Positions 1 to 7,773 of a DNA stretch of 26,246 nt are shown here, piece by piece. Where the stretch lies: NCBI GenBank assembly GCA_018901715.1, contig JAHIEL010000087.1:1-26246 (forward strand), in the 5' to 3' direction. The notes beneath the pieces were generated by a model. The model saw only the letters and a program-made list of their open reading frames with translations. It did no database searches and had not been told where the DNA came from. Within the stretch, counting starts at the first letter, position 1. Every line of letters begins with the position of its first letter. This stretch comes from Patescibacteria group bacterium (lineage in GTDB: Bacteria; Patescibacteriota; Minisyncoccia; Minisyncoccales; PEYH01). Made by a program: the position numbers and the translations under genes.

Positions 1-1
1 A

Positions 2-1933
2 CTTTTAGTAGATGGACACTCTTTTTTCCCTTATGTCGGGCCCAAAGGGCTTTACTTGATGGGGTTAATAGAAATCGCTTTTTTCTTTTGGATTGTACTC
101 ATCTTTCATTCTCCAAAATATAGGCCAAAAATCAATGTTCTTTTATTATCTCTCTCTGCTTTTGTAATAATCTTAACCCTTGCTAGTATTTTTGGAGCTG
201 ATCCTTCTCGCAGTTTTTGGTCCAAGTTTGAAAGGATGTCTGGTCTTTTAATGTGGTTTCACCTTTTTGGATTGTTTTTAGTTTTAAGCACAACATTTAA
301 AAACCAGAGGGCTTGGCTAAGGGCTTTTGCTCTTTCTGTTGGTGTGGCTGTTTTTATTTGCCTTATGTTTTTTATGGATAAGGCGGGTCTGGGAAAATTG
401 CCAGTAGCGAAAAATGGAGCCACCCTGGGCAATAGTTCTTTTTTAGCGACTTATTTATTATTTAACCTGTGCTTTGCAATTTACATTTTTTTGACAATAA
501 ACAGAAAAAAAGAATTGAAAATTTGGTCTTTTGCCAGAGCCAAATATCCCTGCTTGATTGTATTGGCAATAGCGACTTCAGCAATGGGCGCAGCATTAAT
601 AATGAGCGGGGGATCAGCAGCCACGCTTGCTTTTTTTGGTGCTATGGGATTGATGGCGATCTTTTGGCTTGCCCTTGAGGTTAAGAAGAAATCTTTTAGA
701 ATTATTGGCAAAGCAGTTTTGGTTGTTTCAATAATAGTGTTTTTAATATCTATTATTCTCCTATTTATGCCGAATAGTATTGTCCAGCAGAAACTTGTTG
801 AAACGAGGAGTAATGCGCGACCCCTGCTTTGGCAAATAGGATTTAATGCTTTTCTGGAAAGACCGATTCTTGGTTGGGGTCCACAGAATTTTTCATTTGT
901 CTTTGATCAAAGGTTTGATCCTTGTTTCTATCTTCCAGAATGCGGAACAGAGGTTCGTTTTGATCAGGCACATAATATCATTGTTGATAATTTAGTTGAT
1001 GCCGGGATTTTAGGCCTTTTGTCTTATTTTTCTTTTCTATTTTTCGCTTGCTATATCCTGTGGAAAGATTATATCCAAAAACGATTAGGGTTTTGGGCTC
1101 CGGCTGTCTTTACTTCTTTACTTGTAGCTCATTTTGTCCAGAACCTTACGGTCTTTGATATGCCAGCCAGCTTCCTTATGTTATTCTTAGTTCTTGGGTT
1201 TTCTGGAGCTGTTGCTCAACCCTTGCTATCCAAAGACGATCAGAGGAAAAGGGGATCAGGAGTTTTCTTGGTAGTTGCAATAATAATTTTTCTATTTACT
1301 TTTTCCTCTTTTGTGTATAAGCCGTCAAAAGTTAGTTTTGGCTTGATTAATGTAATGATGGCTGACACTCAAGCTAAAAAGGAAGTTGCTTATGAGCAGG
1401 TCTTCAATTCTTCTCCAATTGGAAAGTATCAGGCGAGGACTCATTTAGCCGGGGAATTGACTAAGAACGCAGAACAAGGAAGTCGCTATTTCCTCGGAGA
1501 ATTTGATATTATTATTAGAGAATTAGAAAAAAGCATTGAATCCTCACCCTTGGACTATTTCAGCCATTTGGCTCTGGGTAAGGTTTATAATTCCTACGGA
1601 ACAATTACCGGAGGAGATAGCATTGTTAAAGCAGAAAAGGTTTTGGAAAGAGCATTGGAGTTGTCTCCATTCAAACAAGCTGGCTACTGGGAGCTGGCCA
1701 GAAGCAAGGTTTTATTGGGCAAATATGATGAATGCATTGCTTTAGTAGAAAAGTCAGTAGAATTAGAACCCATGCTTGATTATTCTCATATATATCTAGT
1801 TAACATCGCTAAAATTATTGACGATATAGACTTGGCTATTGAGAAAGCGAAGGAGGCCGTAGAAATTCTTCCTGATTTAAGGCCTCGCTTGGAAGAGATT
1901 TTAGGGATTGAGGATTTGGGGGTTGACAAATGA
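2..1933 (+). CDS. O-antigen ligase (Wzy_C/PglL-like) family membrane protein with C-terminal TPR region; 5' truncated by the window edge
   Basis: About 12 hydrophobic segments; RxxLW...GWGPQNF and AHNIIVDNLVDAGILG motifs typical of O-antigen ligase domains; TPR-like helical tail. The frame is open from position 2 (LLVDGHSFFPYVGPKGLYL), so the true start lies upstream of the window rather than at 56. Confidence 0.85.
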   Translation, partial: LLVDGHSFFPYVGPKGLYLMGLIEIAFFFWIVLIFHSPKYRPKINVLLLSLSAFVIILTLASIFGADPSRSFWSKFERMSGLLMWFHLFGLFLVLSTTFKNQRAWLRAFALSVGVAVFICLMFFMDKAGLGKLPVAKNGATLGNSSFLATYLLFNLCFAIYIFLTINRKKELKIWSFARAKYPCLIVLAIATSAMGAALIMSGGSAATLAFFGAMGLMAIFWLALEVKKKSFRIIGKAVLVVSIIVFLISIILLFMPNSIVQQKLVETRSNARPLLWQIGFNAFLERPILGWGPQNFSFVFDQRFDPCFYLPECGTEVRFDQAHNIIVDNLVDAGILGLLSYFSFLFFACYILWKDYIQKRLGFWAPAVFTSLLVAHFVQNLTVFDMPASFLMLFLVLGFSGAVAQPLLSKDDQRKRGSGVFLVVAIIIFLFTFSSFVYKPSKVSFGLINVMMADTQAKKEVAYEQVFNSSPIGKYQARTHLAGELTKNAEQGSRYFLGEFDIIIRELEKSIESSPLDYFSHLALGKVYNSYGTITGGDSIVKAEKVLERALELSPFKQAGYWELARSKVLLGKYDECIALVEKSVELEPMLDYSHIYLVNIAKIIDDIDLAIEKAKEAVEILPDLRPRLEEILGIEDLGVDK

Positions 1934-2001
1934 TAGGGTTTTTGATAAGATATAAATAATTAGTGAGTGTTCTAAACTTTTTGTTTGGAACTCCATAAAT
2001 C

Positions 2002-2033
2002 AGCAAAAGCCCCTTCCGGGGTTTTTGCTTTTT
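2002..2033 (+). terminator. Intrinsic terminator after the O-antigen ligase gene
   Basis: AGCAAAAGCCCC-TTCC-GGGGTTTTTGCT hairpin followed by a T-run. Confidence 0.75.
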
Positions 2034-2089
2034 ATTTTCTTGTATTATCCTTGACATACCACCCTGACGCGACCCGAACGAAAGACAAA

Positions 2090-2120
2090 GCGACCCGACC
2101 TCTTTATGAGGTCGGGTCGC
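2090..2120. repeat. GC-rich palindrome, family copy A
   Basis: GCGACCCGACCTC-TTTAT-GAGGTCGGGTCGC, perfect 13-bp stem. Confidence 0.9.
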
Positions 2121-2134
2121 GTGTAATATACTCC

Positions 2135-2162
2135 TTGCACTATCCTTGACATTTGCTATCAT
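2135..2162 (+). promoter_or_regulatory. Putative sigma70 promoter with extended -10
   Basis: TTGCAC(2135-2140)-N16-TATCAT(2157-2162), TG at the extended -10 position; predicted start about 2169, where a long hairpin begins. Confidence 0.5.
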
Positions 2163-2168
2163 ATAAGT

Positions 2169-2229
2169 GGGTCTCCGTGCTGCACTCGCTAATTAGATTT
2201 ATCGGAGTTTTACGGCGGAGGCCCGTAAA
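2169..2229 (+). ncRNA. Candidate structured RNA or leader of unknown family
   Basis: GGGTCTCC/GGAGGCCC, GCTG/CGGC and ACTC/GAGT helices form a bulged rod starting 7 nt after a -10 element; an alternative 3' hairpin is possible. Confidence 0.4.
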
Positions 2230-2237
2230 GAAAAGAA

Positions 2238-2265
2238 ATCATTGATCATTGATAATTGATCATTA
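2238..2265. repeat. Heptamer tandem repeat (ATCATTG)x4, degenerate
   Basis: ATCATTG ATCATTG ATAATTG ATCATTA. Confidence 0.85.
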
Positions 2266-2307
2266 GGGAAAGGAAGAGGAAAAATTATTAATTATTCCGT
2301 CCCTGCC

Positions 2308-2344
2308 CCGCCCCCGCCCTCTCCAGCAGGGAGGACGGGGGCGG
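2308..2344. repeat. GC-rich palindrome, family copy B, directly upstream of murB
   Basis: CCGCCCCCGCCCTC-TCCAGCAGG-GAGGACGGGGGCGG, one C/A mismatch. Confidence 0.8.
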
Positions 2345-2355
2345 AATGGATTTTA

Positions 2356-3306
2356 ATGGCAGATATTAAAGAATTACTACCAGCTATAAGAGAAAATGTG
2401 TCTTTGGCTGATTACACAAGCTTCAAAATAGGTGGATGGACAAAATATTTTTTTGAGGCAAATACAAAGAACGAATTAATCAAAGCGCTAAAGGCAATAG
2501 AGCAGACAAACCTGTCTTTTTTTATTTTAGCCGGAGGAAGCAATGTCTTATTTTCTGATAATGGTTTTGATGGACTAGTCATTAAAATTCAGTTTTCAGA
2601 TTTTGAATGTCAAGATTTAGATATTTATGCCGACGCAGGCGCTAAATTATTAGATATAGTAAATTTATCTGTAGAAAAAGAACTCACTGGACTTGAGTGG
2701 GCTGCAGGCATTTACGGCACAATAGGCGGAGCAGTAAGGGGAAATGCAGGCGCCTTTAATAGTTCTATAACAAATGTTTTAAAGCAAGTAAAAGTGCTTG
2801 TTTTGCCCGATTTGAAAATTAAAAATTTTTCAAGAGATGAGTGTAAATTTGGATACAGGGAAAGCATTTTTAAAAAAAATAATAATTTAATTATTCTTTC
2901 AGCCATATTGGAACTTAAAAAAGGCAATAAGAAAAAAATCAAGGAAGAGATTGAAAATAATATTGCTTATCGCAAAGACAATCATCCTCTTGATAAGCCA
3001 TCAGCTGGTTCTATTTTTAAAAATCCTGAATTTAAAATGATAGATAAAGGGCTTTTTAAAGATTATCCTGATTTAAAAAAGTTTTCTTCAAGCGGGACAG
3101 TGCCAGCTGGTTTCCTAATTGATACAGCCGGACTTAGAGGAAAAAGAATAGGTAATGCCAAAATTTCTGAGAAACACTGCAATTTTATTGTAAATCTTGG
3201 CAAGGCGACAGCAGAAGATGTGCTCGGCTTAATAGATTTAGCAAAAGAAACAATAAGAGCGCTTTTTGGAATTGAGCTTGAGCAGGAAATTATAATCGTA
3301 AAATAG
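2356..3306 (+). CDS. murB: UDP-N-acetylenolpyruvoylglucosamine reductase
   Basis: SFKIGG, GGSNVLFSD, GLEWAAGIYGTIGGAVRGNAGA, PSAGSIFKNP, KHCNFIVN and LEQEI motifs. Confidence 0.97.
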   Translation: MADIKELLPAIRENVSLADYTSFKIGGWTKYFFEANTKNELIKALKAIEQTNLSFFILAGGSNVLFSDNGFDGLVIKIQFSDFECQDLDIYADAGAKLLDIVNLSVEKELTGLEWAAGIYGTIGGAVRGNAGAFNSSITNVLKQVKVLVLPDLKIKNFSRDECKFGYRESIFKKNNNLIILSAILELKKGNKKKIKEEIENNIAYRKDNHPLDKPSAGSIFKNPEFKMIDKGLFKDYPDLKKFSSSGTVPAGFLIDTAGLRGKRIGNAKISEKHCNFIVNLGKATAEDVLGLIDLAKETIRALFGIELEQEIIIVK

Positions 3307-3353
3307 TGATCATCAAATAATCATTTTAAGCTAAGGATATTCCTTGGAAATTC

Positions 3354-3376
3354 TTTTGGAAACCTGGTTTCCAAAA
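3354..3376. repeat. Perfect palindrome TTTTGGAAACC-T-GGTTTCCAAAA (possible operator or REP-like element)
   Basis: 11-bp arms; the 19-bp core recurs exactly, in inverted orientation, at 21380-21398. Confidence 0.85.
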
Positions 3377-3407
3377 TCAAAAGTTAATTTAATAATAATT
3401 TTTTATA

Positions 3408-3806
3408 ATGATTATACAAATTAAAGCCACAAATATTGAATTAAATGAATCGCTCCGGATTTTTGTTGAAGACAAGGTAGGGGAACTTAAAAAGAATTTA
3501 GTTAAGTTTGATGAGCTCCACGAAAAAGGAAGAGAAAAAGTAAATGTTCATATAGAGATAGGCAAGACCACAAAGCATCACAGAAAGGGAGATATTTTCA
3601 GGGCAGAAATTCAGGTTTATTTACCTAAGAAACTTTTAAGAGCAGTAGTTAAGGGAATTGATTTGAGAAGTGCGATCATTGAGGCAAGAGACGAGTTAGA
3701 CAGGGAAATTATAAAATATAAAGGCAAAAGATTGGTTCGGGCAAGAACATGGGCAAGAAGGGCCAAGCTTGCGAGAAGGAGTATGAGTTTTTTAAAAAAG
3801 AAATAA
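3408..3806 (+). CDS. hpf: Ribosome hibernation promoting factor / RaiA family
   Basis: IQIKATNIELNESLRIFVEDKV...FRAEI...DLRSAIIEARDELDREIIKYK fits the RaiA/HPF domain. Confidence 0.92.
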   Translation: MIIQIKATNIELNESLRIFVEDKVGELKKNLVKFDELHEKGREKVNVHIEIGKTTKHHRKGDIFRAEIQVYLPKKLLRAVVKGIDLRSAIIEARDELDREIIKYKGKRLVRARTWARRAKLARRSMSFLKKK

Positions 3807-3823
3807 ATTTTATAACTAAAAAG

Positions 3824-3861
3824 AAATAGGGGACAGTACAACTGGCTCCTATTTGTTTTTT
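3824..3861 (+). terminator. Probable terminator after hpf
   Basis: Imperfect AAATAGG..CAG/CTG..CCTATTT hairpin followed by a T-run. Confidence 0.55.
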
Positions 3862-3870
3862 ATACTAAGC

Positions 3871-3899
3871 TTGACGGATTATTATTTTAATGATATAAT
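3871..3899 (+). promoter_or_regulatory. Near-consensus sigma70 promoter of the PKD gene
   Basis: TTGACG-N17-TATAAT with extended TG; SD AAGGAGG at 3928-3934, 8 nt before the ATG. Confidence 0.8.
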
Positions 3900-3942
3900 A
3901 GTTTTAGCAGAATAAGGTTATTATACCAAGGAGGTTTTCAGA

Positions 3943-4662
3943 ATGACAAGGAGAATTGCGGTAGTAGTAGCAATTTTGGTGCTTACGATTGTCGTTTGCG
4001 GTTGCGAATTACTTCAAAACCTTATACCCACCCTTCCTCCAGAAGCGGTGATAAGTATTGAGAAGACGCGACTGCAGCCGAACGAATCCGTTCCAGTGTC
4101 GGCAAGGGGGTCCACCAGTCCAAGCGGGAATGCATTGACAGAGTTTATCTGGAACTTCGGCGATGGGAGTAGTGATGTGGTTCTTTCTCATCCTCATGCT
4201 CCGCGTTATTCCTATCCTTATGGTGGCAACTATACCATCACATTGGTAGTAAAGGACGATTGGGGCAGATACAGCAATCCAGATACTATTCTAGTTACTG
4301 TGAACCATCATCCTGTGCCTGTCGCATATCCCCAAAAGCTCACTAGTTGGCCGATAGGGCAAGCATTCTATCGCATCCCAGACGGGCAAGTGGTCTATCC
4401 TCGTTCAAGGATTGAGCCACAAGGAATCATTCCAGTGATGTCCTACACATATTGGAAAATTGATTCTTCGTCCTCGTCTGACCGTGATGGATGGATTATC
4501 TCGCAGCACTTGAACTGGGCAGGTAATCATATCGGAAGCGGACAAGTTTTTTACATCGCCATACCGGCAGATGGAAGTATGTACACTATTGAGCTCACCG
4601 TGATAGACAACGAGGGACTGGGAAATAGCATGCGCTATGGTCTCGTTAGCCCTCTCGGTTGA
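3943..4662 (+). CDS. PKD-domain lipoprotein (one clear and one degenerate PKD/Ig-like repeat)
   Basis: Signal peptide ending in a lipobox-like VVCG-C; WNFGDG...YPYGGNYTITLVVKD PKD signature; second YTIELTVIDNEG strand; visibly higher GC than the flanking genes. Confidence 0.85.
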   Translation: MTRRIAVVVAILVLTIVVCGCELLQNLIPTLPPEAVISIEKTRLQPNESVPVSARGSTSPSGNALTEFIWNFGDGSSDVVLSHPHAPRYSYPYGGNYTITLVVKDDWGRYSNPDTILVTVNHHPVPVAYPQKLTSWPIGQAFYRIPDGQVVYPRSRIEPQGIIPVMSYTYWKIDSSSSSDRDGWIISQHLNWAGNHIGSGQVFYIAIPADGSMYTIELTVIDNEGLGNSMRYGLVSPLG

Positions 4663-4668
4663 GACCCA

Positions 4669-4711
4669 CGCCCCCTGTTCGTTTTTAGAACAGCGGGGCG
4701 CTTCTTTTTTT
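4669..4711 (+). terminator. Intrinsic terminator after the PKD gene
   Basis: CGCCCC-CTGTTC / GAACAG-C-GGGGCG stem followed by CTTC and a T-run. Confidence 0.8.
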
Positions 4712-4736
4712 ATTTTTAGTATGTTAGATTTATAGT

Positions 4737-7256
4737 ATGTCTATACTCAAAAAAATCTTTGGGGACGAGAATGAAAAATATTTAAAAAAGATTCAGCCCT
4801 TGGCAGATGAGATAAATAAACTTGAAAAACAATTTGAGCAGTTTTCAGATGAGGAGCTGAAAAATAAAACAAAAGAATTTAAAGAGCAGATTAAAAAAGG
4901 CGAAAAAATAGATACTCTTTTACCTCAAGCATATGCTTTGGTGCGGGAGGCAGCTAAAAAAACATTAAATCAAAGGCATTTTGATGTTCAGTTGCTTGGT
5001 GGTATTGCTTTGCATCAATCCAAGATTACAGAAATGAAAACAGGAGAAGGCAAAACCCTTGCCTCAACCCTGCCAACTTATTTAAATGCTTTAGAGGAAA
5101 AAGGTGTTCATATTGTTACAGTAAACGAATATTTGGCAAAAAGAGATACTATTTGGATGGGGCAAATATATTATGCATTGGGATTAACGGTTGGTTGTTT
5201 AATTCATGATGGGGCTTTAATATATGACCCTAATTATCAGCCAAGCGAAGAGCCAGAAGAGCAAGACAAAGAAAGGGATGAGCTTGGCGGATTTAAAGTA
5301 ATAGAAAGCTATTTAAGGCCTGCTTCAAGAAAAGAAGCATATTCAGCAGATATTACTTATGGCACTAATCACGAGTTTGGATTTGATTATTTGCGAGATA
5401 ATATGGTTCATAAGCCGGAGCAAAGAGTTCAAAGAGGGCTTAATTTTGCGATTATTGACGAAGTTGACTCTGTTTTAATAGATGAGGCAAGAACTCCTCT
5501 TATTATCTCTGCTCCTGATATGGAAAGTTCAAAACTTTATAGCGAATTTTCTACTTTAATACCCAGATTAAGCAAAGATACTGATTATGAAATTCACGAG
5601 AAAGAGAAAGCCGTAACATTAACAGAAATAGGCATTGAAAAAATTGAAAAAATACTTGGTATTGAAAATATTTATCAGGAAAAAGGTATTAAATATCTTC
5701 ATTATTTAGAACAGGCATTGCGGGCAAATGTTTTATTTCAAAAAGATAGAGATTATGTTTCCAGAAATGGCGAGATTATTATTGTAGATGAATTTACTGG
5801 CCGTTTAATGCCAGGCAGAAGATGGTCAGGTGGTTTGCATCAGGCAGTAGAGGCAAAAGAAGGGCTTAGCGTTAAGCCAGAGTCATTAACATTGGCATCT
5901 ATTTCAATTCAGAATTATTTTAGAATGTATGATAAGTTGGCAGGAATGACTGGCACTGCTGTTACTTCTGCGGAAGAATTTGAAAAAGTTTATAAGCTTA
6001 GAGTAATTGTAATGCCAACAAATAAACCCATAGCAAGAAATGACTTATCAGATGTTGTTTATAAAACGAATAAAGAAAAATTAAAAGCATTGGTTGAAAG
6101 AACAAAAAGAGCAAATAAAGAGGGCCAGCCAGTATTGATTGGCACTCGGTCTATTGAAAAGAATGAGATTCTAGGACAAATGCTTAAGATAGAGGGCGTT
6201 ACTCATGAAATTTTAAATGCCAAACATCATCAGAGGGAAGGTGAAATTATTGCCCAAGCAGGTCGGTTTAAAGCAGTTACAGTTGCTACAAATATGGCAG
6301 GCAGGGGAGTAGATATTGTGTTTGGCGGAAATCCGCCAAATCCTGAAGAAGCTAAAAAAGTAAAAGAACTTGGCGGGCTTTTGGTTTTATGCACGGAAAG
6401 GCATGAAGCAAGAAGAATTGATAATCAGTTAAGAGGACGGTCTGGCAGACAGGGTGACCCTGGCGAAACTCAATTTTTCTTATCTATGGAAGATGATTTA
6501 ATGAGAATTTTTGGCGGGGAAAGAATGAAAAATATAATGGATCGGTTAAAATTACCAGATGACCAGCCAATTCAGTCAAAAATAATATCTAATACTGTAG
6601 AATCAGCCCAAGCAAAAATTGAAGGAATGAACTTTGATGCGCGAAAGCATCTTTTAGAATATGATGATGTGATGAATGTTCATAGAACTTCTTTTTATAA
6701 GAAAAGGAATATGCTCGTAGATGCAGACGATGATAAATTAAAAGAATTGGTTTTAAAATATTTTGATAATCAAGAAGCAGATAAAGAGAATTTTATTAAA
6801 AAAGAAAAAGAATTTGGCAATGAATTTAAAAATATATTGCGATATATTTGTCTTAAAGTTTATGATTCACTGTGGCTTAATCATTTAGCAGAAATGGATT
6901 ATCTGCGGGACAGGGTGAGCTTGCGCGCTTATGGACAAATGGATCCATTAGTAGAATACAAGGGCGATGGGTATAAAATGTTTAAGGATTTGATGGTTGC
7001 CTTAGAAGCTAATATCATAGAAGCAGTAACTAGCGTAGCATTAAAGCCACAAGAACAGATGTCCGGAGGTTTAGCCCCTAAACATTTTCAAGATTCAAAA
7101 ACATTGGAACAGGTTGAAAATAGGAATTCTGTTCAGGTGCGACCTGCGCAAAGCAAGAAAAAGCCGGGCAGAAATGATCCCTGCCCGTGTGGTAAAACCG
7201 ACCCCCAAACTGGCAAATCAATGAAATACAAAAAGTGCTGCGGCGCTAAGGGATAA
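4737..7256 (+). CDS. secA: Preprotein translocase ATPase SecA
   Basis: EMKTGEGKTL, IIDEVDSVLIDEARTPLIIS, TNMAGRGVDI, HEARRIDNQLRGRSGRQGDPG; C-terminal GRNDPCPCG..KYKKCC. Confidence 0.99.
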   Translation: MSILKKIFGDENEKYLKKIQPLADEINKLEKQFEQFSDEELKNKTKEFKEQIKKGEKIDTLLPQAYALVREAAKKTLNQRHFDVQLLGGIALHQSKITEMKTGEGKTLASTLPTYLNALEEKGVHIVTVNEYLAKRDTIWMGQIYYALGLTVGCLIHDGALIYDPNYQPSEEPEEQDKERDELGGFKVIESYLRPASRKEAYSADITYGTNHEFGFDYLRDNMVHKPEQRVQRGLNFAIIDEVDSVLIDEARTPLIISAPDMESSKLYSEFSTLIPRLSKDTDYEIHEKEKAVTLTEIGIEKIEKILGIENIYQEKGIKYLHYLEQALRANVLFQKDRDYVSRNGEIIIVDEFTGRLMPGRRWSGGLHQAVEAKEGLSVKPESLTLASISIQNYFRMYDKLAGMTGTAVTSAEEFEKVYKLRVIVMPTNKPIARNDLSDVVYKTNKEKLKALVERTKRANKEGQPVLIGTRSIEKNEILGQMLKIEGVTHEILNAKHHQREGEIIAQAGRFKAVTVATNMAGRGVDIVFGGNPPNPEEAKKVKELGGLLVLCTERHEARRIDNQLRGRSGRQGDPGETQFFLSMEDDLMRIFGGERMKNIMDRLKLPDDQPIQSKIISNTVESAQAKIEGMNFDARKHLLEYDDVMNVHRTSFYKKRNMLVDADDDKLKELVLKYFDNQEADKENFIKKEKEFGNEFKNILRYICLKVYDSLWLNHLAEMDYLRDRVSLRAYGQMDPLVEYKGDGYKMFKDLMVALEANIIEAVTSVALKPQEQMSGGLAPKHFQDSKTLEQVENRNSVQVRPAQSKKKPGRNDPCPCGKTDPQTGKSMKYKKCCGAKG

Positions 7257-7260
7257 AGCT

Positions 7261-7674
7261 ATGGTAAATAAATATGTTGAAATAATTTTAAAAGATGATC
7301 AAGGAAGAATTCTTTTTCAGCTTAGAGATGAACGGCCGAAGAGATATCCGAACTTTTGGGCTTTTTTTGGTGGTGGCGTTGATGATGGAGAAACTCCAGA
7401 GGAAACGCTACATAGAGAAATAGCTGAAGAATTAGGGATAGAAAATTTGAAAAATTATAAGTTGTTCAAAATTTATAAACTTAAAGATGATAAAGGTAAT
7501 TATGAAGAGCATTATGTTTTTATTATCCATATTAAAGGCATTGTTCCAGATATGAAATTGAAACTTAGAGAAGGAAGAGGAATGGCCTTTCTTTCGTTTG
7601 AAGAAGTTATGCATATGCAATTTGTTGAAGATTACAGATTTATACTCAAAGATTTATTTTATTCAAGCAATTAA
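7261..7674 (+). CDS. Nudix hydrolase
   Basis: Nudix box GGGVDDGETPEETLHREIAEELG. Confidence 0.92.
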   Translation: MVNKYVEIILKDDQGRILFQLRDERPKRYPNFWAFFGGGVDDGETPEETLHREIAEELGIENLKNYKLFKIYKLKDDKGNYEEHYVFIIHIKGIVPDMKLKLREGRGMAFLSFEEVMHMQFVEDYRFILKDLFYSSN

Positions 7675-7712
7675 AAATTAAAGAGAAGTCGTTTTTTGAG
7701 CGATTTTTTTAT

Positions 7713-7741
7713 TTGACTTTTTATGTCTTTATGAATATGAT
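7713..7741 (+). promoter_or_regulatory. Putative sigma70 promoter of secD-metK-secF
   Basis: TTGACT-N17-TATGAT. Confidence 0.6.
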
Positions 7742-7773
7742 AATAAAACCTATTTTTTTAATTCAAATCAGAA

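Noticed and set aside
2051-2151. TTGACA at 2051 and 2146 as -35 elements
   Set aside because: No -10 hexamer lies 16-18 nt downstream of either copy.
1836-2162. 108-aa - strand ORF
   Set aside because: Runs through a terminator and palindrome and overlaps the previous gene; no RBS or motif.
2169-2229. SRP RNA, 6S RNA, tmRNA or fluoride riboswitch
   Set aside because: Lacks the SRP domain IV motif, is too short for 6S, has no tmRNA tRNA-like ends, and has no fluoride riboswitch GAUG core.
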